Source: Phoronis australis | Taxonomy: Eukaryota > Animalia > Phoronida | Assembly (NCBI GenBank): GCA_002633005.1 | Contig: NMRA01000259.1 | Coordinates: 32,157-96,156, forward strand | Direction of reading: 5' to 3' | DNA: 64,000 bases | In this document: positions 1 through 48,500 of the stretch, one piece after another | Position numbering within the stretch: position 1 is the first letter of the stretch | Layout of the letters: every line of letters begins with the position of its first letter | Made by a program: the position numbers and the translations under genes | Notes under the pieces: generated by a model | The model's database searches: none | The model's input: only the letters and a program-made list of their open reading frames with translations | Told to the model about the DNA's origin: nothing

Positions 1-219
1 CATTCATGTGTGTGTTGCTGATGCAAGGTTATTTTTTTCTACTTTCTGCTTGATTTTTTTTTGTTTCTGAAGACTTGAAGTGGGGAAAGTTCTCATCTTA
101 AGTAGTTATTTTTAAGGACTTGGTCTTGAATGAATGTCTTAAGTGTCGCTCATATTTTTATATCGCCACAGTGTTTGTAATCTCAGTTGTCTTTTCATCC
201 TCTCTTTCAGGACTGAACC

Positions 220-36917
<36,698 letters not shown>

Positions 36918-38297
36918 CGCGCTCATGCTTCGACAGTCCTCACAACTGTGCTTCTTTGCTTGTTCTGATGGAAAGCGGACATTAGCAGACAGCGCTTTGA
37001 CCTTGACATTGGTTATTTCATTTGGCATGTGCAGATTGACCTGCATAATTAAAACCAGCTTCGCTACTATGTAGTCATCAAACATTTGATGGAGTAATTA
37101 GCAGGTTATCTATAAAACATGGTTCTTGTCTCACAGTGAGTCGTATTTCTCTTCAAGTTACCAGGATTCATGTTTTTGTGCAACTCACTGTCTCTAAATC
37201 GCTGCCTCCTGTTGGCAAAAGGAGTAGGATTTACTGCCAATTTATCATCAGAGTATCAATTTCACAAAATCGTGATATTTCTTTGTCATATATGTATTGT
37301 AAACACACAGATCCCTTCTTGAGAATGTCTCATTCTTCTGGCTTGTTGTTGTATCTAAGTTGTTGTATATCTCATTGTATTCTACATTGTATTATTTTCA
37401 AACTGTACAAATTTCATGTTAATTTAAGTTTTATGAATGTTCTCTTTAGTGCTGAAGTTGGCCATATTGGGTATTTCCAAAAAAGCACCCCCATATTTTC
37501 AGAAGTGGTCAGCAGTCAATTAATCAAAGTGACTTTACATCCCCAAAAATCCCCCAGGGGCCTCATTTACTCAAATTTTTAAAGACATGTTTTAAGAGGG
37601 AATTTCACTTTGTCGGCAGCTTGGCTTCAAGGAGAGAAGTGTGTTGTCAGCCAATCAACTTGAACTGTTTCACATGTTGTTTTAGAGTTAAAACATCAAG
37701 AAAATAATGATACTTTGTCGTAATTTTCCACATTTACTAGACATGCAAAACATACAGACAGAGCATCCACTTGGAAATTTACCAGGTGGGGAACTCTTTT
37801 GGAAGTCCCTCTTCGTGGCAGTAGTTATGCTGTGTAGAATAACTTTAAGGTAGTTATAAAACGATTGCATTGTCCTTACCTAGTTCACCAGTGGTTCTCA
37901 GGCCAACATGGATTGGTACTCCTTACTTCACCTCAAGAACCTTATAAACTTGACTCGTTCCTTTATGGCTTGTGTATTACCTTCTGCATATTTGACCCGT
38001 GTCCAGAGTCGCTTCACCATACTGTATGAATTTTATTCTTAATAGTCCACTGTTTTGTTGAGTTAAATTAATTTAACTGGGATCCGAAATCGTAGTGTCT
38101 GAGAACCAGCTCCCGAGAGTGGTTGATTCGGTTTCTAGGAACCAAAAGGGTCTAATAAGCTTGTGATGGAATGCCTCTTGACTGAATGTGATTGGTGATT
38201 GTGTTGATGCCGTGAACCAATAGGTGTCGCGTTGTTTTAAGTATGAATGTTTCTACATGCTTCCAGTATGTTTTCCTGATATTGTATATTTCCTACG

Positions 38298-38303
38298 AAT
38301 AAA
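38298..38303 (+). terminator. Candidate polyadenylation signal (AATAAA) of CKAP5
   Basis: AATAAA ~1.4 kb after the CKAP5 stop, followed by T/GT-rich sequence and then repeat-derived DNA. Cleavage site not demonstrable. Confidence 0.5.
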
Positions 38304-38595
38304 TCTTAAACTGTAAAGATGAAAACGAGTTTTATTTCTTCTCGGTGTTGCATAAAACTTTGACACTTGTCCTCAAGATAAGTCTGATTGCTGCGTGATG
38401 TCACATGCATTGTTCAGCAATGCCAACCTGGTGGGTGATAATGGGATGTCATTGTTGTTATGCGGGCCACAACTTTTATGCACCTATGTCCTCAGTGTAT
38501 ATCCTAAGCTCTATCCCTTTGTCTATATGGGCATTACTAAGAGGCACTGAACCTGTATTCCTTACTCGGATGAGAAGTTAGGGAGAACTGAGTTT

Positions 38596-41477
38596 CAGTG
38601 CTGTAGTGGTAAACGTAAGAGGTAAGTAGGCGCCCAAAGCTCAACGTATCGCCTTGAGCGCCGAATTTTAAATTAAAAGTACATTGAACTCGCAAAACCT
38701 GACTCGCTGACATGTAGGCCTATTTTTGACTCATGACTCGAGTGGGTATTTACATAGAGTCTGCAATGGCGCATGTCAGAAAAAGTTCCCCAACCACACA
38801 TATTGGAAGGCAAAGGTTCGTATGCCTCCAAGCGGTCTCTGGGGTTTCAGCTGGCCATCTTTGTCCTTGTAAATTCATTCTACAATGGGTCAAGGAACTC
38901 CTGTCCAGCAATGAATGCCTGGCCCTACACTCTGGCTTGAATAAACACCCTCAGCAAATGCTGTTTCAAAGCACCAATAGTTGGTGGGCGTTTGTCGCTG
39001 TCAGACATAGGTTTACAGAAGAGGTACCATCTCAGCTCTGGAATGCTATTTGTGTCTATACCCTGTGTTGAGTATGCACTTGCAAAAGGGGCCAATGTGA
39101 AAAGAGGTGACCTGTTACTTCATAAGCAGTAAAAAAAGTCTGCAGTGCATTGATACCATCAGTGTTTGCCTTCAAATATTTATTCAACCTACAGAATGGA
39201 TCAGTGTTGTCTGTCCATGTAAAAGCAGGATGAGCCTTTGCCCGTACACTAACAGCACCTAATATTGTCCATATTGGATTCGCGTCCACAATCCCAGATG
39301 CCATGGTGAGTGAAGTATTTCTGAGAAGCTTCTCATAATAGGCAATGTCGAGTACCAGTCTACGTCAGGTGAAAAAACATCTGCTGAGAATCAGGGACTT
39401 TTTGGTGTGATGCCAGAACTGCATGATGTACAGTGAATCTGCAATATATCTCCTTTTTCGTGATCGTTTTCTTCTAAGCGTGGATCACGTCGGCTGCTCT
39501 TTGTGCATTCTGAAGCTGAAGTAATGGCTATCTTTACTATATTCAAGTGTCTCTGAAGACAGATATTCAGAAAGTCGAGCCTTTTTTGGCCATGGGAGAG
39601 GAATCAGCTAATTGCATGGGATGATCTGTATGCAAGTCTCATCTCTTATCTGGTACTGTACTTGACCCTTTCTGTGCCTCCTTCTTTCTCCTGTGTCTTG
39701 TTTCAAAGGGTTGTCTTTGTGGGTGACAAAAACTAGAGTGATATCGTCATAATCTCTAATTAAGAACATCACTTCCATACTATCCACACGTGCAGTTTTG
39801 TGGCTTGGGTGAGCTCACTCAGTGGATGTTGTTTACATGTTTTCTGGATCTAAAACCTCGCGTGCAGCGGACTGTCCTGTTCTAAGACGTCTGCTTCGGA
39901 AAGTTTCTGCAGAAGGTGGATTCGATTCGACTTGTCTGTGCATGGCAGCATTGCCCCACTGGCAGCAAAGATTTGCTCTTGGTGTCAGGGTGAATTCATA
40001 GCGGCAGATAACATGTTTCTGGTCGTCATTGATCCTCAGGCTGGTTACTGCCAAAATTATCTGCCATCCGACTGTCAAATGCAAAATACATTTTCAATGA
40101 GTAGAGGAGAGCTGGATTCCAAAGTGAACAGTGGAAACAATATCGAAATCTTCAAAAGATATGTCTTAAATGTCTTTTCAAAAAGATTTAGATAAACACT
40201 GTAAATTAATGAAGTTTAATCTGCGTTTCTGTGATTCCTTTAAATATTCTGGGGGTTCGTAGCTGCTATGAAAAATTATTTAGATTGTATGTATCATTTT
40301 AGACATAGTGTTTTTCAATTCCTTTCCCCACAAAATGTGGGTGCAGACATTAAAACCAACATTCTAAGTGACCCACGAGCACGTATGACAGCGCTTTCCC
40401 GTTCAGTGACTTTACCAAACGTAGGGGGTTCTGAGCGTGTGACAACATCTAGCTTCTTTGTTAACTGCCAAGCACAGTCTTTTGTCTGGTGTGACAACAG
40501 GCATGCCAGTTATCTACCAGGCTTGTTACAGACCACGTGTGAACACCATCAATCCCATAGTGAATTGATTCGGAAAGAGTAGATTATCATAACTTCGGTT
40601 CCAGTTGGGCGATTTTGGCGATTCAAAAACTAAACATGATCACCATTTGACGAGGATTTCAGAAATGCATTGGTTCATGTTCAAATATGTTATAACTTGA
40701 CTTTTATTTTCAAAAGCAATGCCCAGTCAGGCTAGATAGGATCTTAATTATTGAGGGGTTAGAGCAATTATCGAACAAAAGACAGCTGGCCCTCCAACCA
40801 TGAATGCCAGAATGGAGTTAATCAGTCGTGTAAGATATTGGCTACAGTGTTAAACTTCCCAACTTGTTGTTGGGCTATTGAATCGGAACAAGTTGGGAGC
40901 AACGGGAAAACGCCGTAATGAGAGATACTGAGCAAAATGTATCTTACGGGGGCCATTAGTTTAAAATTCCAAGATGGCCGCCAATAAAATTAAAATTTCC
41001 GATTCATTGACCTCAGAACTGCAGGTGTTACCACAAAAACTAACACTCTCAGTGACCCAAGGGCGGATATATCGTTGGATCAAGTCTATTTTACCGGCGC
41101 CATTTTTGAAAATCCAAGATGGCCGCCGAGATGGCCACCAAAAATGGAATCAACTTATTTTTTATTTTATTTTTTAATTCGTCATTCCATGAGGTTTCCA
41201 AAATGTATAATTTCCACTTTCCCCAAAAAATTCCAACGAATGTCAAAATTTGGACATAGTGAACCTGACTATAGTAAGTTATCCTATCGAACTACGCCCC
41301 ACTATACCGTCACTTATGGCGCGTAGACGCTACGTTAAAATGTAAAAAGGTGTCTGGCTGCAACTACGTGCGCTTACGCCTAACTATACCGTAACTTACG
41401 GTGGGTAAGGAGCTGCGTTAAAAAGCAAAAATGTGGTTAGCTGCGTCTACGTGAGCCTACACCCCACTACAGCACTG
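38596..41477. mobile_element. hAT-type TIR element (family B, long copy) with internal foreign cargo
   Basis: TIR CAGTGCTGTAGTGG...CCACTACAGCACTG; 8-bp flanks CTGAGTTT (38588-38595) / CTGAGTTC (41478-41485). Both ends match the ~155-bp MITEs at 41704 and 51828. Confidence 0.8.
38760..41271 (-). pseudogene. Decayed AcademX-like transposon fragment (XPG/PIN-like nuclease region) with subterminal repeats
   Basis: Frameshifted minus-strand blocks: DQKHVICRYEFTLTPRA...MLPCTDKSN; QYQIRDET; ENDHEKGD (HEEAD-like) and FSPDVD (SPDTD-like); AHPAFTWTDNT (FHAFTGxD-like); LRWYLFCK...KRPPTIGALKQHLLRVFIQARV. CAAGATGGCCGCC repeats occur at 40970-41140. Superfamily assignment is from recalled family architecture. 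Confidence 0.6.
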
Positions 41478-41703
41478 CTGAGTTCGGTACTCCTCGAGAT
41501 AATGCTTGTCGAATCAAATTAGAAGCGATACCCAAACTTGTAGAGCCTGCATGGCCTCAAGCAATGACGAAGGCAGATCAATTTCGCAATGGTAAGTTGT
41601 CGAACTGGAAAGCTTTTTGTGACGGAAAGCAGATTTACAGTAGCTAATTAAAGGTCATTATAGAAGGGGAAAGTGGTTGTCTGAGCCTTTTTGGCCTTAG
41701 CGC

Positions 41704-41858
41704 CAGTGCTGTAGTGGTAAACTAGTGGTAAGTAGGAGCCCAAAGCCCACCGTATCACCTTAAGTCCTGAACGTAACTTACGGTGCGTAGGCGCTACGTT
41801 CAAATGCCAAAAGGTGGTTGGCTGCGCCTACGCGCGCTTACGCCCCAATACAGCATTG
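41704..41858. mobile_element. hAT-type MITE family B (~155 bp)
   Basis: CAGTGCTGTAGTGG...CCAATACAGCATTG; degenerate 8-bp flanks CTTAGCGC/GTTAGCGT. Confidence 0.75.
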
Positions 41859-42232
41859 GTTAGCGTGAAATCGAAACCTCAACCACCGCGGTGTAAGTTA
41901 AACGTTCTACTGGCGGAGCCTACCGTATTTTACTGGTGACTAGTCACCGGTCTTGATTTAACAAATGCAAAAAATGGTGAGCTACATTGGCGATTTGCAA
42001 CAAAATTCACAGCACAGCTAATAGAGCTCTAAAGCTTCGGTCAAAGCTAATAACTTCAAGAAGTCTATTGCATGTCCAGCAATACTCCAAAGTTGCGTTT
42101 TTCAGCTGTAAACCCGATGCCCCTTTAAGAGAAAGGTTTCAAATTTCGCAACACACTTTAGGAACGAAGTAGCTCAGAAGAACTAATCTCACTCCTGCCT
42201 TAATTCTATCCAGTTGCAAGGCACAACACGTA

Positions 42233-42591
42233 AAATTAGTGTTCGTAGAGGGTGCTTCTGTTAGGCTGGTGCTGTAGTTCCCGTATGAATTTGGAGTATG
42301 CCATTTCTGTACGAGCCAAACGAATACAGGTCTCGTTATACGCGGCCTCCAGTCGAAGAGTGTACACGTAGACATAGGGATGATAAACTTGGTTCGCCTG
42401 CCTGTACTCTGGCGACAGATGGTAATAAGGAACTCGTTCAAACACGCACTCGTCGTAGAGCCGCTGGTTGTATCTTCTGAGTGTCGACACCTCGGAAACG
42501 ATTTTGTCAAAGCCGTACTTTTGTAGTTTCATAAAAAATTCATATAGTAGAGCGTCATATAGCATTTGATCCCCTTGGTTCAGCTGACGAA
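42233..42591 (-). repeat. Second copy of the sulfotransferase last exon, ending at an assembly N (probable allelic overlap artefact)
   Basis: 360-bp offset near-identical duplicate of 42593-42951, ending at N 42592. It has four substitutions, all synonymous, and no acceptor of its own. Confidence 0.8.
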
Positions 42592-42595
42592 NAAA

Positions 42596-45500
42596 TTAGT
42601 GTTCGTAGAGGGTGCTTCTGTTAGGCTGGTGCTGTAGTTCACGTATGAATTTGGAGTATGCCATTTCTGTACGAGCCAAACGAATACAGGTCTCGTTATA
42701 CGCGGCCTCCAGTCGAAGAGTGTACACGTAGACATAGGGATGATAGACTTGGTTCGCCTGCCTGTACTCTGGCGACAGATGGTAATAAGGAACTCGTTCA
42801 AACACGCACTCGTCGTAGAGCCGCTGGTTGTATCTTCTGAGTGTCGACACCTCGGAAACGATTTTGTCAAAGCCGTACTTTTGTAGTTTCATAAAGAACT
42901 CATATAGTAGAGCGTCATATAGCATTTGATCCCCTTGGTTCAGCTGACGAATCTGAAATCAGACGACGCAACGTTCTAAAGCCATGCAACTTCTCTCAAC
43001 TGACGCTATTGCCTACTCGTCTAGACAAATGACTGGACGTTTCGACTGCAAAACATTACTCGTTATAGTAGTTCGAGCATGCTCTTGCAAATGGTCCTGT
43101 TGATGTGCTATATGACAGTCAAGAGCCGGCGAGTTAGTTGAGCTGTAAACCACCACTGGAATCACGTTTTTTCAACTTATTCCACGTTTTCGTTTTCTTA
43201 GCTGTTATCTGGATGGTTTGCGTGTTATTATCTGGCCCGTGTATTGTTATTGCAGACTCAAGTAAATATAGAGCATGTTTTGTACATCATGATTTACAAA
43301 GACCCCGTGACGTCGACTCTCGAACATAGACGCTAGCGTGTACAAGGTTCGTGGTTTTGTTTTCGACACTGTTGTTAGCCTAATAAAAAATTGGTTAGCC
43401 CTGCTGTGACATCATTCATAATCTATTGGTCTTAGTCGTGAAAGAAATACGGTGGCCCGAAAGTATCAAATTATTTTAATTATATTACTCTTTTTATTTC
43501 TCCTTTTTCACCAAGGTGTATATAATTTCCCCTGGTGTAAAATATTCATATCGGAGTTGAAATTTTATCCTGTTCGGGGGAGATGACGTTCGTTAACCAA
43601 ACGACCCAAAAAGATAATCGAATAAACAGTATGTAAATAATTTTCATCCGGTGGAATTTACTTCCATCTAGGCTGAACTTATTTGCATCCGGATGGAATA
43701 TTTGTTCACCTAGTTGAAATAATTTCCACCTGGCTGGAAATAATTTGCACCTAGATTGAACCTTTTTTGACCCGGGTTGAAAATATTTTCACCAGCCTAG
43801 TGTTGAAATCATTTCCACGTAGGTGAAAAAGGGGAAACAAAAAGGAATTGGCCTGAAATAGCGATGATACTTTCGGGCCTTAGTAAAAAATCACATCGAC
43901 GGTTCACTACCTTGCCTCGTCGGTCAATCAAAATATAGCAGTGACCTCATCGTGAACTTTGCTTCAATTCGTTAACTGAAATGAGAATTACTAGTGCACG
44001 TGGTTACAAGGTTCCATCGCCCACGTGACCACTGCCGGACGCAGCAATGTTTAATGTTGCCATAAGGAGGCGATTAACAGTGTGAATGACCAGGTTCTAT
44101 TTGGTCTTAAAGAAAATGAGACCGCAAAAATTGTATCAAAAGCAGCGTGGTTCTAGTCGCTCACTGGATCTTCTTCCATTCTAGCGGTTCCATTGAGCCA
44201 ATGCGTTACCTATCCAGAAAACACGCTGTAGGTCGCAGGTTTCATGTTGCAATGCTAAGAAGTGAAGGTTTTAAAATCTACTGAAATTTGAAACCTGAAT
44301 TCGCGTTCAAGGTCCCAGGTTCCATGTTTCAAGACCTGAAACACTTTTGATTATGTAATGGTTTGCGGAGAGAGGAGTGAAGAAGACGTCTTTACGTGAA
44401 CACTAACTTTATTGCGGACTGACTAACAGACTGTACAACAACATGTTTTTGCAATAGACAAGACCACATGCATATGAGTCACATTTCATAGAACTGCTTG
44501 GCAAGACTTCTATAATAACCATTTTAACTAATTGTGCCACATAAGGTAAGTGTAGTTCCAGTACAAACCACAATACTATTACACCCATTTTCTTTGAAAA
44601 TCAAGAAAGTGGCACTAAGAAACATAAATTAACAACTGTTAACCACAATTAACAAATTACCATTCTAACAGATGTTTCACTCAACAAGGCTATCAGCTAA
44701 GTGCTAAAACAATAAACAAATAGTATCTTACCATACCATAACAGACTAATCTAATTACAAAAGTTGCTATACTTGCAAACTGATTCTCAGCAATACACAC
44801 TACTGTCAAGAAGTTATATAATCCTTAAATCTGGAGGGTTTCTTGATTTCCCTTCCTGTTCTTGTAACTACAGGTTTTGATTTAATCTCGGGTGAATCAT
44901 TACCAGTGTCACTTGTTGATTAGGATTTTCTGTTTGTTTGACTTTGTGGCAAAATGCACTGGTCAAATTAGGCTGTACAGAATGTGGAGATTCTCAGTGT
45001 AGTGGACAGTAACATTTGTCGATTGCACCGATACTCTCGTGCTTAATCACCTGATTTGACAATGTAAGATGTATCAGAATGTTGTTGAACTAATTCTACT
45101 GGTTCCCAACCACTCTTAGTTTTCATACGCACAGCTTGTTCAGATTCAGAATTGTTAAACGCTGGCAATGGTTTGGTATTCCTGTCGTAATACTTCTTTT
45201 GTCTCATTTGATAATTGGACAGTTCATACACTTTATCAAGGTTAATTGCTTCAGGTTTCAGCCTTGCATTCGAAGTAGGCAATAATGTCCTGGTACGTCT
45301 ACCCTTTAATCTTTGAACTGGGGACCCAATAATACCGTCTCTTGGCGTATTTCTCAAATCTAACAAAGCCAAATATATATCATCATTTGTTTCACTTGTT
45401 TTCTTTATCAATCGCTTTGATAACATGAACAGATTTGTCTGCAAGACCATTTGCCTGCTGGTGACCTGGAGATCACATGCAACTGTGTTCCATGGAAGAA

Positions 45501-48500
45501 CAGGTTCCTCAAACAATTTCATTGGCTCTTTTGGTTGGAACTTTCGATGTTTCAAACATGCAGCACACCTGCTAATAATATCTTCAATTTGTGTGTTCAT
45601 GCCCGGCCAAAATATAATATCACGAGCTCTTTGTTTTGTCCGTGTCATTCCCGTATGTGATTGGTGTAGCACACGTAACATGTGCCGACGGAGCGTAGTG
45701 GGAATACATACCCTATCTGCTCTGATAACAATACCATTGTAAATAGCTAATTGATCTCTGCAATCCCAATAAGGTAATGCGATGTGAGGTACTTGTGACC
45801 TATGTTCTGGCCAACCATTCAAAATTAACTGCTCTACACACTGCAGTTCATCATCATCGCATGTTGCCATAGCAATTTTATCATACATACAATTTGCTAG
45901 AGTATCAACCTTACAAACCATTAGCTCATCGTCCATGATAGCATAACTGTCATCACCATTGTGAGGTAATCTACTCAAACAATCGGCTAAACCAATTGTA
46001 GTACCTTTTTGTACACCAAATTGAATGAGTATTCCTATTGGAGACATGCCTATTGGCTTCTTAAACACACATTCTAAGGGCTTGTGGTCTGATTCAATTG
46101 TGACTTCAGGCATATCGTAAATCTACTTGTGAAATCGAATGCACCCAAAACATACAGCTAACATCTCTTTCTCTATTTGAGCATGTCGCTGTTCTGTGGG
46201 TGTTAGCGCCCTAGAGGCATAAGCAACAACGTCATCATCCTGAATCACTGCTGTACCTAATCGCTTGGTGCTGGCGTCAACACTTAGTGTGATTAGTTTG
46301 TTGACATCTAAGTATTTTAATACAGGGGTGTTACACAAAGCTTCGTTAATACTTGAAAAAGCTTCCGATTTTGCTGCGCCCTACTTCCAAGAGCCTGCAT
46401 TTTTCGTTTCTCGCAATGGAGCACTCAATTGACTCAAGTCTGGGATAAATTTAGACACATATGCAATCATTCCCAACGCTGACTGCAGTTCTTGTTCATT
46501 GATTGGTTCTGGCATATTAACAATAGCCTGAATTCTCTCTTGGGATGGTTTTACACCATCAGCGGTCAAAACATGACCCACGTAACTAACTTGGGGTTGA
46601 TTAATCTTAGTCTTATTTAGATTCAATTTTAACCCTTGTTTTCTGGCTATCTCAAGTACAGCTGTGAGCCGTTCGTCATGCTCTTGAGATGTTTGCCGTG
46701 AATTAGAATATCATCCATCACAATTTCTACTCCCGAAATATGACCAAACATACTTTGCATAGCCCTTTGATAACTTTGTGGCGAACTTTTCAAGCCCATT
46801 GTCATTCTAAGATGCCTGTATCGCGCAAATGGAGTATTAAATGCTGTATAGTAAGAACTTTGCTCACTCAGCCTGATTTGGCAATAACCCATGTTTGCAT
46901 CAAGTACACTGAAAATTTTACTCCCATGTAATCTGGTTACAATATCATCAATTGAACTCATCGGGTGAGGTTCACGCAAAATAGCCTAATTTAAGCTCGA
47001 GGGATCAATGCACAACCTGACTCTATTATTGCGTTTTCAAACACATACTAACGGAGACACCCAAGGTGCTGGCTCAGTGATTTTAGCTATAATACCACAC
47101 CTTTCTAAATGGTCTAATTCCACTATTACCTGCTCTCTGATAGCAGCGGGAACTGGTCTGGGAGGGTGAACTCCTGGTGGTATAGACGAATCTACTTGAA
47201 TATCGCATTCCCCTGGAATACACCCAATTGTTTCTTCAAATACATGACTGTACTTTCTTAGAAAACTGTCGTAATTTGCATTTTGCTTCTGAGAGTCAAC
47301 TTCAAATACTCTCTGGACCACATTTAATTTCACATTGTCGTCACGACCTAATAAATCTACTTGTTTTTTGTTGTTCAGTACAAGAAACTCTAGCATATGT
47401 CTTTCCTTCTTATAAACAGCTGCCAGTACAATTTTACTATACATTTTCTGTGGTTTGCCATGAATACCATTTATCATAACATTGCTGTGTTTCAACAAGT
47501 GTTCCCTACCTAACTTTCTGAGTGTAGCTAGTGACAATACGTTGCAACCTGCAAACGTATCAATTGCTAAGGAAAAGTTTGACTTACCAACTTGTACTGT
47601 GACATTCCAATCATCAGAATTTGTACATGCATAATTTGAATTGATACCGAACACATCTTTAATATTACATTGTTCCATCATATTTGCCACTTCGTCTTCC
47701 TCTGTTCTGTGTACATTTGTCTGTCCTCAGTAATTCCGACCACGATTGCCTCTGTAACGCCCTCTAGATTGTCCTCTTCTCTGTTGGTGATGATGGTTTT
47801 GCTGTCGTAGCGATTTCTGCCAGGATGTCTGTTGTGCTTTGCAAATTTTCGAATTCGCAAAATGGCCGGAATTGTCGCAAGCGTGACATGTTTTGCCTCT
47901 GGCAGGACAGTTGTCTTCGTAATGCGTTCTCCTGCATTTTTGTGCCTTGTGTGACACACATTGTTGAAAGGTTTTTAGATGCTGTTGAGACAGTTCACTT
48001 GCACAACTTTTAATGACATTTTCCCAACGGTAGTCATTTACTTCTAAGTCTAGAAGTTTCAACTTGATGTGACTGTCGTAGACACCATTGATGATTCTGT
48101 CACAAATAAATGTGTCTTCAATATCACCATAGTCACATCCCTTTGCGCGATGCTTCATATCGGCAACAAAAGCCATAAGCGACTCACCGGCCTTTTGGTT
48201 GCGTTCCAAAAATGCTTGTCTGCGAATATTTCGGTACTTCATGTGGCCATAGTATCCATAAAAACGTTTCAGTACCACGTCTAAATTATACCTGTCTTCC
48301 GGCGACAAATCAAATGTATTGAACAGTTTGACACCATCTGCCCCAAGGAGATGAAGTAAAATGTTAACTTTCTGTTTACCTGACGCATCCTCGAGTCCGC
48401 TTGCGATCAGGTAAATGTCAAATCGTTGTCGTCACTGGCTCCAACTTTCTCTTGTTTTGTCAGCCTCTAGCTGTACAAACGGTTCCGGGTGGCTCAAGTC

